Positions 15,460-23,704 of a stretch of DNA of 33,188 bases are shown piece by piece. Where the stretch lies: the IMG/VR virus record IMGVR_UViG_3300020043_003669, positions 1 through 33,188 of that record; one strand, written 5' to 3'. The first letter of the stretch is position 1, and the number at the start of each line of letters is the position of its first letter. The translations under genes and the position numbers were made by a program. The notes under the pieces were generated by a model. It saw only the letters and a list, made by a program, of their open reading frames with translations. It was not told where the DNA came from and made no database searches. This DNA is from a virus. Taxonomy: Duplodnaviria; Caudoviricetes.

Positions 15460-16007
15460 ACGAAGAATTACGGCAGTTGCGCATTGAAAATAAACTTTTG
15501 CGTGAGGAAAAAAAACAAGCACTTCAGGACAGCGAACAGTACCGCTTGCAGATGGCTGGCATTAGCACCGCAGCGATTGGTTACTGGAAAGAGGGTGATG
15601 GCATCCACCCAGACTACGACACACCTGCACTGCGTGATGTCGCCAAGCTGTATGCAAAATATGACGAGCTTTACAAGGCACAAAATGTGTCCCACGGCGT
15701 AATTGCTGGCGCACTGTTTGATTTCATGGGCTGGCTTACATCACGACCAAAGCGCATCATGTTGTCGTCTGCGGATGAGGCATCACCAGCAGTGGATGCG
15801 ATCAAGGAGTTTGCCAAGATGCGCGGCTTGTCGCTTGATGATGCACGAGTGCAGGACTGGCAAGACAGCACCACCCCACCCGCAGCACAGCGGCAATGGG
15901 TTGGGCTGACGGATGAGGAGCGCCATGAAATTATGCAGTTGAACTATGCACGAACAGAATGGCTTGTCCATGCTACCGAAGCCAAACTCAAGGAGAAAAA
16001 CACATGA
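15456..16007 (+). CDS. Hypothetical modular protein (WVGLTDEE...EAKLKEKNT tail)
   Basis: RBS and ATGA coupling. Confidence 0.75.
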   Translation: MNEELRQLRIENKLLREEKKQALQDSEQYRLQMAGISTAAIGYWKEGDGIHPDYDTPALRDVAKLYAKYDELYKAQNVSHGVIAGALFDFMGWLTSRPKRIMLSSADEASPAVDAIKEFAKMRGLSLDDARVQDWQDSTTPPAAQRQWVGLTDEERHEIMQLNYARTEWLVHATEAKLKEKNT

Positions 16008-16168
16008 GACACGATCATCGAAAATCAATTTGGCTTATTGCTGGTGGACACATAGTTTGGTGTTACCGATGCGGAGCATGGAGGCCCAATGTTCCGGGTC
16101 GAATGCAATGGCACAAACCAACAGGGCCAAACGGTGAAAATCCTGCAATGAAAGAGGTGAAGCCATGA
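16004..16168 (+). CDS. Small hypothetical protein (54 aa, CxxC)
   Basis: AAGGAG RBS; WCYRCGAW. Confidence 0.6.
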   Translation: MRHDHRKSIWLIAGGHIVWCYRCGAWRPNVPGRMQWHKPTGPNGENPAMKEVKP

Positions 16169-16419
16169 GAGACACAATAGACATGGCCCGTGAGGCTGGG
16201 ATTGACGCAGAAAAAGACACGCTTTGCCGATACGAAGGATGGTTAGAACCACTCAAAGCCTTTGAAGCCCTTGTCCGTGCTGATGAGCGTGAGGCGTGTG
16301 CAAAGAAAGCAGAAACGCTTGGCGTACACCCTGCTCTAAATGTTTTTGCTGGCGGCCCTGATTGGTACAAACATGGGAAAGAAATTGCCGCCGCCATCCG
16401 AGCAAGGGGGAACACATGA
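16165..16419 (+). CDS. Hypothetical protein, EREACA-motif family
   Basis: IDMAREAG...LKAFEALVRADEREACAK...IAAAIRARG. Confidence 0.8.
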   Translation: MRDTIDMAREAGIDAEKDTLCRYEGWLEPLKAFEALVRADEREACAKKAETLGVHPALNVFAGGPDWYKHGKEIAAAIRARGNT

Positions 16420-16523
16420 ACAATTTACCGCACTGGATGCAAGCCTGCTGGCACTTCTGCGCCTTCACTGGTTTGGCTTTCTGGTCCAACGTGATCTTAA
16501 AATTCATGGAGACTTACAAATGA
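16416..16523 (+). CDS. Small hydrophobic peptide (35 aa)
   Basis: MNNLPHWMQACWHFCAFTGLAFWSNVILKFMETYK; ATGA overlaps at both ends. Confidence 0.55.
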   Translation: MNNLPHWMQACWHFCAFTGLAFWSNVILKFMETYK

Positions 16524-16636
16524 CCCAATGTAAACACCGCTGGCTGTTGACCCCATCGCCACATCGCACCCAGTACCACTACCAGTGCGCCCGATGTGCC
16601 CAAGTGGCATGGGCCACGATCAAGGAGCCGTCGTGA
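16520..16636 (+). CDS. Small zinc-ribbon-like peptide (38 aa)
   Basis: CKHRW...CARC; GGAG RBS. Confidence 0.6.
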   Translation: MTQCKHRWLLTPSPHRTQYHYQCARCAQVAWATIKEPS

Positions 16637-16845
16637 ACTGCTGCGACGATTATGGGAACTGCAATCAGGGCCGGGACTGCCCTTTGCGTGTGGCCAGGGT
16701 CGGCAAGAAGGTGCACGGGCCTGAGCTGTTGCCGCAGTCTGTGTGGCGGTACATGCTCAGGCGTGCTGCTTGGTGGTTTGTCATGGGCATCTTGGGGATG
16801 CTCTGGCTGGCCTTCTTGGTGGCCTGCGCCGCCGTTTATGCGTAA
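16633..16845 (+). CDS. Cys-rich small membrane protein (70 aa)
   Basis: GTG start after AAGGAG; NCCDDYGNCNQGRDCPLR plus a C-terminal TM. Confidence 0.7.
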   Translation: MNCCDDYGNCNQGRDCPLRVARVGKKVHGPELLPQSVWRYMLRRAAWWFVMGILGMLWLAFLVACAAVYA

Positions 16846-17273
16846 GGCCTGGTGCCAGCCTTGTCAATGATAAGAGCCTGCTTGCGTGGGCTGGTATCTT
16901 CGCTGTTGGGGATGCTGATGTGCGTCCAGCGGTCAAACTCGCGGATGACCTGATCGTAGCCAATACCACTGGCGATGATGGCCTTGACCACTTGGTCTGG
17001 TGTCATGCCTGGCACCTTGAAGTCGGCAGCGCAGCCGATACGGTGCTGGCTGGTGTCTTTGCTGCCAACGGCGTCGTTGACCTTTTTTGTGCGCAGACCT
17101 GACGAGATCATGATGGGCTTGCCGCCCATGACCACTTTGACCTGCTCCAAGAAGTCTGCCAGCCTGGTGAGGTTGGCCAGCTCCTGATCGTTGGGGCTGT
17201 TGTCCCAGCCGTTTCGCTCTGCGGTCTCGCTGGCTGTCAGCTCTTCGAGGGTGAAGTTGGGTGTTAGGTTCAT
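16836..17273 (-). CDS. Endolysin, peptidase M15A family
   Basis: LTPNFTLEEL, ISSGLR, SQHRIGCAAD, WTHIS zinc-binding motifs. Confidence 0.92.
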   Translation of the reverse strand: MNLTPNFTLEELTASETAERNGWDNSPNDQELANLTRLADFLEQVKVVMGGKPIMISSGLRTKKVNDAVGSKDTSQHRIGCAADFKVPGMTPDQVVKAIIASGIGYDQVIREFDRWTHISIPNSEDTSPRKQALIIDKAGTRPYA

Positions 17274-17734
17274 TTCATGTCCTTGAGTTTTTGGATTTCG
17301 CCGCCCTTATCCTTGGAGCCTTGCGAGCTTCCACGGTGAAAGTTCAGTACGGTTCCGCACATAGTGATGAGCGAGCCAAGCGCCATGTAGACCAGCTCCT
17401 TGTTGGCATCTGGGACACGCTTCATGAAGGCAAACCACGCCAAGAAGATGGTGGCCGCAACAATGCCGATGTCGAGCGCATAGGCCGTGTTCTTGGCCAG
17501 CCAAGAGGCATTGGTGGACTCCTGCACCTTTGCATTCATGTCGCGTGCACTGTCCGTATTGGCGTTGTTGATTTCCAGCACCTTGGTGTCGTTCGCCATC
17601 CGCGCCAGTTCGCCGTTTTCCTGCATCTGCGCCAGCTCCTGCTTTGCAGCTGCGGCTGCTGCTGGATCTGGCAAGAATCGGTCGATCAGTTTTCCGCCAA
17701 TGGCCGCCAGTGGATTTAAGTCACTCAGGTTCAT
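17270..17734 (-). CDS. Holin-like membrane protein (two C-terminal TMs)
   Basis: IGGKLIDRFLPDP...SARDM...TM1-TM2...GSSQGSKDK; coupled to the endolysin. Confidence 0.7.
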   Translation of the reverse strand: MNLSDLNPLAAIGGKLIDRFLPDPAAAAAAKQELAQMQENGELARMANDTKVLEINNANTDSARDMNAKVQESTNASWLAKNTAYALDIGIVAATIFLAWFAFMKRVPDANKELVYMALGSLITMCGTVLNFHRGSSQGSKDKGGEIQKLKDMK

Positions 17735-18351
17735 CAATTTCCTCTTTTGGTCAACATTGTGCTGGCGATCTCCAGCATGAATTTGGCCTGCTCCAGATTC
17801 TCTGGTTGCTGTGGCCACCCGACTGTGACCTGGCCGACGAATCTGGGGCTGTCTGGTGGAACGCTCACCCGGCAGGTGAAGGTGACGCCCTTCTCGATGT
17901 ACCAGAGCCCGATCTCTGACTGCGCGTAACGATACTCTCCGCACGGGATCTCGTTGGTCATGAGCTTGACCACATCGTTATTGTTCGCGGTGCTGTGGGT
18001 AAACAAACCGACATCAATGTCCTCGATGCTTTTGTCCCTGCCGTCTTTGGTGTAAGCCCGATACAACACCCGGCTGTTGAACAATGGGTTCACCTTGAAG
18101 ATGGCGACCACGGCTGCTCCCGTGTGCTTGAACAGGACTGCGCTGGCCTCGTCTGTCCTGGCTGTGTTGATCTCTGGCAGCTTCTTTGACTCTTTGTAGG
18201 CGTCCAGCATGAAGGTCTGGTTCTGCCAAAGGAAGTACCCAGCAAAGGCCACCACGCCCATGATGAGGATGGCGAACAGCTTGAAGGGCGAATCCACGTA
18301 GGACAGAACCTTGTCCAGGGTGGTGTTGGCGTTCAGCTTGTCGTCGCTCAT
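17734..18351 (-). CDS. Single-TM protein with predicted periplasmic GAF-like domain; T4 holin T-like
   Basis: 205 aa, one TM at about aa 23-42, located in the lysis cassette; motif order resembles T4 gpT as I recall it. Confidence 0.55.
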   Translation of the reverse strand: MSDDKLNANTTLDKVLSYVDSPFKLFAILIMGVVAFAGYFLWQNQTFMLDAYKESKKLPEINTARTDEASAVLFKHTGAAVVAIFKVNPLFNSRVLYRAYTKDGRDKSIEDIDVGLFTHSTANNNDVVKLMTNEIPCGEYRYAQSEIGLWYIEKGVTFTCRVSVPPDSPRFVGQVTVGWPQQPENLEQAKFMLEIASTMLTKRGN

Positions 18352-18794
18352 CGCAGGTGCTTCATGTAGATGACAAGACCGCCGACCATCAAAGCAGCCA
18401 GCACAATGGTCGCCATGCCAAGGGCAATGTACTCGGTCAACTGTGCGAGACGTGCTGCTCTACGGGCCTTCTCGCGTTGGGCTGCTTCTTTGGCTTCTCT
18501 GCGCTTTCTGGCAGCAGCGGCTTGGAAGTTCTGCCAGTCTCCCCACATTCCGGGTCTGCCAGCGTAGACCATGCGCTCACGCAGTTCTTCTTCCTGCTGC
18601 CTGAGTTGCTCAAGCGCCATGAACTCAGCGAGGTCAGAGCCGCCACCCTTCTTGGTGGCGTTCTCCTGGATCTTGGCCTTGTTGTCAAAGTAGTCAAAGA
18701 CGCGAGAGCCGAGCTGGTGCAACTCTTTGCCATTGGCAAGTGCGCCTTTGATGACTGCGAAGGCTGCGTTCGCTGCGGCCAACTCAGCGAGCAT
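18348..18794 (-). CDS. Hypothetical protein with C-terminal TM (lysis-linked)
   Basis: Coiled coil followed by IALGMATIVLAALMVGGLVIY. Confidence 0.8.
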   Translation of the reverse strand: MLAELAAANAAFAVIKGALANGKELHQLGSRVFDYFDNKAKIQENATKKGGGSDLAEFMALEQLRQQEEELRERMVYAGRPGMWGDWQNFQAAAARKRREAKEAAQREKARRAARLAQLTEYIALGMATIVLAALMVGGLVIYMKHLR

Positions 18795-18797
18795 GGC

Positions 18798-19025
18798 TTA
18801 GGCTTTCATGTGACCAGCAATCCACGCCACAAAAGCGCCGACCGATGACGCGATGGTCATGCCCATCCAGAAGCCGCCGCGCCCTTTGTTGGCGAGCGCG
18901 AGCAGCTCCTCGACGTTGCGCTCCATCTTGTCAACCTTCTTGTCCATGTCCTGGACTTTTTGCCAAAGCACGCCGTACTTGACCAGGTCGATTTCTCCAT
19001 CCGCCATGACTTCGGCCTCCAGCAT
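18798..19025 (-). CDS. Small coiled-coil plus C-terminal TM protein (lysis-linked)
   Basis: IDLVKYGVL...LLALANKGRGGFW plus TM; the start may be 19007. Confidence 0.75.
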   Translation of the reverse strand: MLEAEVMADGEIDLVKYGVLWQKVQDMDKKVDKMERNVEELLALANKGRGGFWMGMTIASSVGAFVAWIAGHMKA

Positions 19026-19379
19026 TTAGATGCCCTGGCCGGGCGTGACGTAGACAGTAGTGCCAGAGGCAGCGAATCCACTGAAGAAGGTGTCCTTGTT
19101 GAAGCGAATGATCTCGACAGCGCCAGGCAAGAGTGGGATGGCCTCTGAAGGCGTTCCGCCGACTGGAGCGACTGCATTGGCTGTGGCCTCTGCTGCTGTT
19201 GCTCCTGTGCCAATAAATACTGTATTGACGCCACCATTGACAAAGCGATATTGGCCTGCGCTTTGCGGGTCAAACTTTGTGAAAACTGGGGCTTGGATGC
19301 CTGCTGGAGCTGTGGCAGCCGCAGCGACAGCAATGGTGTTGCCGAGGGGGGTAAAAGCGATTTGCGAGTTGGTGGCCAT
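19026..19379 (-). CDS. Small virion structural protein (putative)
   Basis: Beta-rich 117 aa ending VYVTPGQGI; AAGGAG RBS. Confidence 0.65.
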   Translation of the reverse strand: MATNSQIAFTPLGNTIAVAAAATAPAGIQAPVFTKFDPQSAGQYRFVNGGVNTVFIGTGATAAEATANAVAPVGGTPSEAIPLLPGAVEIIRFNKDTFFSGFAASGTTVYVTPGQGI

Positions 19380-19388
19380 GATGACTCC

Positions 19389-21125
19389 TTAAGGAAGAAT
19401 TCGTTTATTTTTTCGTCGAGTATAAATACATCGACCGATCTGGAGTGAGAAATCCCATCCCAGGTTGTTGCCTGCATCCACGTTGCTATTGGTGGTGTAA
19501 GCGTTCCAAGTCGCGCCGCCAATGGCGCTGATGTCTTTGATTGTTAAATTGTTGGCGTTGACTGTTCCGCCAGCTTGCGACAGCGTGGCCTGAGTGCCTG
19601 CAACCGTCGATTGCAAAAACTTCTGGTTTGTGCCGCTGGTAGCAAACGCGCCTACGGTGCTGGTTGTGCTGTTTTTAAGTTGCAGCGTGCCATTGGTGAT
19701 GGTGAATGCTCTTGTTGAACCCTGCGTCAGTGCGTCTTGAAATGCCCAAGAGCCACCGATACCGTTGAACGTCAGTGCTCGATCAACTGTCACACCGTTG
19801 GTGGTGATGGTGTTGCCAGCAGATGTGGAGATGAACGAGATTGCATTCGCTGATCCAGTAAACACTGTAGTTGCGGAAAGCGTCAGACTGCCGAAAAGTC
19901 GAAAAGCATTGGCGCTGATAGTGCCGGAAAACCCGGTTGTGTCGAGTGAACGAACGGCGGTTGTCGTGGCGTTGGTGAAGAAGTCAACGGTGTCCGAACC
20001 GGCTGTGACAAAGATGTCAACAGTGTTGTCGGCAGTCGCTGTTCCACCAAGATCACCACTTCGAACGATTCGCGTACCAGTTGAGCCAGCGTATGTCAGT
20101 TCAACACGTTTGGAGCCAGTGCAAGAGAAGTTTGTGATGTTTCTGGTCGAGAAAATCGTAGCTCCGTTTCCGGTCAAAACAATCTTTCCGGTGCCGAAAG
20201 TAACCGATCTTGATGTTGTACTTTGAGAGTTAAAAGAACCAGCGGTCAGAGTCCAATTTCCACTGTTGCCGGTCAAGTCCAATGCACCGTTGTTCAGAGC
20301 GACTGCACGAGTCGATCCGATTGTCAGGTTGTCTTGCAGTGCGTATGTACCACCAACGCCTTCAAAGTTGATCGGAAAATCAAGTGTCTTTCCGTTGCTT
20401 GTAATTCTCTGCGTTCCTGATGTTGCGTTGAAGTAAAAAGGATTTGCGCCAGCAGTCAGTGTCATCCCTGACGACAATGTGATGTCGCCGCAGATGTACG
20501 TGAAAAAATTTGACACAGTACCGGAAAACCCAGTGAAGTTCACGTTTTTTACAATTCCAGCGTTGGAAAAGTTAAAACCATCTGAACCCGCTGTCACGTT
20601 CAAATTGACAGCGTTTGCCTCTGTTCCACCAGCCGTACCGCCGTGGTTAATTGTGCGCGAACCAGTCGATCCAGCATAGGTGAAATTGACAGTAGGAGTG
20701 CCGGTGTAACTGAAGTTTGTTGCCGTGTTAAGCCCCCAAACAGTACCGCCGTTGCCCGTTAAATTGATTTGGCCTGTGCCAAATGCAATCGAGCGGGTGT
20801 TGCTGTTATTTGAACCGAAAAAAGCCGCAGTGAACGTGTTGTTGTTCAGCGTTATCGTTCCAGCAGTAAATGTCGTAATGCCAGCAAATGTGACATTGCC
20901 CGACAATGAAAGGTTGATGTCAGATTTGTTGATGACGCAAGTTGTACAGGCAGCAGTGGACGCAACTGTTACGGTTGCGGCTGTTCCACTGTTGCTGTCA
21001 AAGTTGACGGTATCGCCAACGATGGGTGGTCCAAAACCACCCGGACCACCAGTCAAAACAGCCCAGTTTGTCGTGCTGGCGTTGTTCCAAGTCCCAGAGC
21101 CGCCGACCCAAAAGTATGTTGCCAT
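19389..21125 (-). CDS. Gly/Thr/Asn-rich beta-solenoid fibre/adhesin protein
   Basis: YFWVGGSGTWN...TNW N-terminus, ~195-aa internal duplication and a basic C-terminal tail. Confidence 0.75.
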   Translation of the reverse strand: MATYFWVGGSGTWNNASTTNWAVLTGGPGGFGPPIVGDTVNFDSNSGTAATVTVASTAACTTCVINKSDINLSLSGNVTFAGITTFTAGTITLNNNTFTAAFFGSNNSNTRSIAFGTGQINLTGNGGTVWGLNTATNFSYTGTPTVNFTYAGSTGSRTINHGGTAGGTEANAVNLNVTAGSDGFNFSNAGIVKNVNFTGFSGTVSNFFTYICGDITLSSGMTLTAGANPFYFNATSGTQRITSNGKTLDFPINFEGVGGTYALQDNLTIGSTRAVALNNGALDLTGNSGNWTLTAGSFNSQSTTSRSVTFGTGKIVLTGNGATIFSTRNITNFSCTGSKRVELTYAGSTGTRIVRSGDLGGTATADNTVDIFVTAGSDTVDFFTNATTTAVRSLDTTGFSGTISANAFRLFGSLTLSATTVFTGSANAISFISTSAGNTITTNGVTVDRALTFNGIGGSWAFQDALTQGSTRAFTITNGTLQLKNSTTSTVGAFATSGTNQKFLQSTVAGTQATLSQAGGTVNANNLTIKDISAIGGATWNAYTTNSNVDAGNNLGWDFSLQIGRCIYTRRKNKRILP

Positions 21126-21137
21126 TGTCGTATCCTA

Positions 21138-23639
21138 TTACAGGTTGCCTTGGCTTTCCCAAGTTCCGGGAGTTCCAGCAACAGTGCAAACCCATCCTTG
21201 CGGCTGTCCGACTGTCGGGGTCGAGTTTTTCACAATGTCACCCCTACGCCACGTTCCCGCCACTGGTGCTGCTGTAGCAGATGCGGTCAGGATCGTGTTG
21301 GAGTAAGAGGTCTTGCGGCTGTAAGTGCCCGTCAATGTGGTGTTGATGGTGTTGTTGTTGAAGATGATTGGATCAGCATTGGACGCATCAACAATCACAC
21401 CGCCTCTAAAATTACCCTCAATGTAGTTGTCACGGATGATGTGGCCGTAATACTTACCAGCAGGCGATACGTTGCCAATAGCGTAATACGTTGTGATCGC
21501 GCCGTCATAGGTGTTGGTACAAATGATAGTGTTGTTTGACACATCGAAAATCGGGTTGTTTGTCCCATTTGTAACAACCGCCTCGATTGAAATTAAGAGA
21601 AATCCTTGAACACCTACAAGGTTTGCCAAATGTCTATCAGACAAAATGTAGTTGTTCTTTACTTGAACTTTTCCGCCAGAGACGTTGATGCCTGTTTCAG
21701 CAGAGTACTGAGACTTAAGTTGAATGTGGTTGTCTGAAATTTCTACAACGCCTTCTCGGCCAAAATAGTTGCCGGGCGCTGTTACTGTCACGCCAGTGAT
21801 CACACCCGCCGACTCAGTAACAGTGCCTGTAAACCCGACACCGCCGTTGTTGGTAATGGTTACAGTTGGGGAGACATAACCAGAGCCACCGTCAATGATG
21901 GTGACAGCATCAATGCCCATCGACAAGTCAAGGATGGCACCCGTACCTGTGGCATCGGTCACCATGATGGTTGGTTCAGTTGTGTAACCAGTACCGGCAC
22001 TTACAACGTTGACTGCCGTAATAGCGCCATCCGTGACTGTGGCTGTAAGCGACATGCCCGAACCGTCACCGCCGTCCACGGTAAGCGTTGGCGCTGTGTA
22101 GCCACGGCCTCCGTAAATTGCTCGACCCGAGATGGCTTTAAGTGTTGCAGAAGCGATTGCACCAGTTCCAGAACCGGCGAACGTAATGATCGGTGCTTCC
22201 TGTGAAGCGGTCACACGAATGACCGTGCGCAAGAACGTAGGGTCGTAAAAATTGTTGCCTGAAATGACAATGTTTTTGTATGGGTACGAACCTACTGTTG
22301 CAACACAATCTGAGCCAACCGTATACGTAGACGGCCCACCCATAATTACGTTGTTCACAAACCTGTAGTTTTCAACGTAGTTTTCATTTACTGAATCTGT
22401 GAACGAAATTGCAGTCCGGCAGTTCAAGAATGTATTGTTGGACACTTCCATGTTGATGGATGGCCCAGCCTCAACACCGTACAAGGTTTGATTCATCACA
22501 GTGTTGTTTGAGATAACACCGTTGATGTTCCAAGCCCCACCAGTTAGACCGCGAGTGCCGCTGTCCATGTAATTGCCGATACAAGTGAACCCGTACACGC
22601 CCCAGATTTCGATAGGAAGTGGGCCGTAAGTGCCAGAATTGGCAAGGTTAATCATTTTGTTGTAGCTGACATCCACATTTGACGTAGCCGCCCATCTTTT
22701 CGTGGTCTGACTGTGCAATCCGATGATCGTGGAACCGCAATTTGTAAAAGTATTGCGGGACATTGTGATGTTCTTGTGCCCTTCAACTGTAGCCAAGAAC
22801 AAAATGCAACCGTACAAACAGTTTTCAAAATAGCAGTCGGAAACTTCGATGTTAGAAACGGGGATGTTCCAATCTCCACGCACAGTCCATCGTTGCAAAC
22901 TGGCGTTCAGAAACGTTACTCGGCTGACAAGGATGTCGCTTCCGTTTCCAAGCGAAAGAATCTGTTGCCTTGTGACGCTCATGTTGTCGAGCGTCATTTG
23001 ACGAATGACTTGATTGCCGCCAGAACAAGTGATTAGGTTAACGTCAGTGGTGCCAGTTTTGCGAAGAATCACGCCTTCTTGACTCTCACCGTACAAGTAC
23101 GAATTTGCGGGCACCGTAAGGCTTGCAATCAAGTACGTTCCGTTGGGGAAAAACAAAGACTTGCCAGCAGCAGCAGCTTGTGTGATCGCAGTCTGAATTG
23201 CGGTGGTGTCGTCTGTCGAGCCATCACCCGTAGCGCCAAAGTCTTTAACGCTGACTGTCTGGGAGAGCTTCTCGCAAACCGGGTATGGCACGGAGTCAGT
23301 GAATGGTGGGTCGTAAGTAATGCCGCAAGCGTCTAGACTGATGCCTGTGCCGTCCGGGAAGTTGTAGACCATCGAGCCTTTGCTGTCCTGCACAAGGATG
23401 CTGAAGTTCACGCCACTGACGTAGATCTGGGCTGGTGTGCCGGCGCGTGAAATGTAGCCGTTGAGCGTGCGCAGTGGCTGTGCTGCTGGAATGGTAAGGG
23501 CTGCGTCGAAGTAGGCCACGACCGGATTGGTCTGTGGGTTCAGATTCGGTTCGCCAATCCAGACGTAACCGTTCTCCAGTGGCTGCCCATCACGGCCTTG
23601 AAAGACCGGGAAAGGGACTTGGATCGAGAGTGCGGACAT
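21138..23639 (-). CDS. Tailspike: P22-like head-binding domain plus parallel beta-helix
   Basis: PFPVF...DGQPLENGYVWIG...NPQTNP...QPLRTLNGY; VSVKDFGATGDGSTDDTTAIQ; Asn-ladder repeats; lower GC. Confidence 0.9.
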   Translation of the reverse strand: MSALSIQVPFPVFQGRDGQPLENGYVWIGEPNLNPQTNPVVAYFDAALTIPAAQPLRTLNGYISRAGTPAQIYVSGVNFSILVQDSKGSMVYNFPDGTGISLDACGITYDPPFTDSVPYPVCEKLSQTVSVKDFGATGDGSTDDTTAIQTAITQAAAAGKSLFFPNGTYLIASLTVPANSYLYGESQEGVILRKTGTTDVNLITCSGGNQVIRQMTLDNMSVTRQQILSLGNGSDILVSRVTFLNASLQRWTVRGDWNIPVSNIEVSDCYFENCLYGCILFLATVEGHKNITMSRNTFTNCGSTIIGLHSQTTKRWAATSNVDVSYNKMINLANSGTYGPLPIEIWGVYGFTCIGNYMDSGTRGLTGGAWNINGVISNNTVMNQTLYGVEAGPSINMEVSNNTFLNCRTAISFTDSVNENYVENYRFVNNVIMGGPSTYTVGSDCVATVGSYPYKNIVISGNNFYDPTFLRTVIRVTASQEAPIITFAGSGTGAIASATLKAISGRAIYGGRGYTAPTLTVDGGDGSGMSLTATVTDGAITAVNVVSAGTGYTTEPTIMVTDATGTGAILDLSMGIDAVTIIDGGSGYVSPTVTITNNGGVGFTGTVTESAGVITGVTVTAPGNYFGREGVVEISDNHIQLKSQYSAETGINVSGGKVQVKNNYILSDRHLANLVGVQGFLLISIEAVVTNGTNNPIFDVSNNTIICTNTYDGAITTYYAIGNVSPAGKYYGHIIRDNYIEGNFRGGVIVDASNADPIIFNNNTINTTLTGTYSRKTSYSNTILTASATAAPVAGTWRRGDIVKNSTPTVGQPQGWVCTVAGTPGTWESQGNL

Positions 23640-23662
23640 TTACTGGTTCTCCTGGATGGTGG

Positions 23663-23691
23663 ATTGTCGCTCAAGGCTGCACGGGTGGCAA
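23663..23691 (-). promoter_or_regulatory. Putative promoter TTGCCA-N17-GACAAT (tailspike)
   Basis: Intergenic; followed by an AGGAG RBS. Confidence 0.6.
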
Positions 23692-23704
23692 TGCGTTGAG
23701 GGCT

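Noticed and set aside
15507-15514. A8 run as a programmed frameshift or slippage site
   Set aside because: The ORF is intact and I see no stimulatory structure or useful alternative frame.
17261-17944. ORF-track extended starts (e.g. 17944, 4617, 9986, 10861, 12133, 28066, 28611)
   Set aside because: The extensions overlap neighbouring genes or RNA leaders; downstream starts with RBS or stop-start coupling fit better.
21123-21129. Further GACAAT hits overlapping start codons (GACAATG here and at 33166-33172)
   Set aside because: They are part of the RBS-ATG spacer; no matching -35 at 21123, and the upstream sequence at 33166 lies outside the window.
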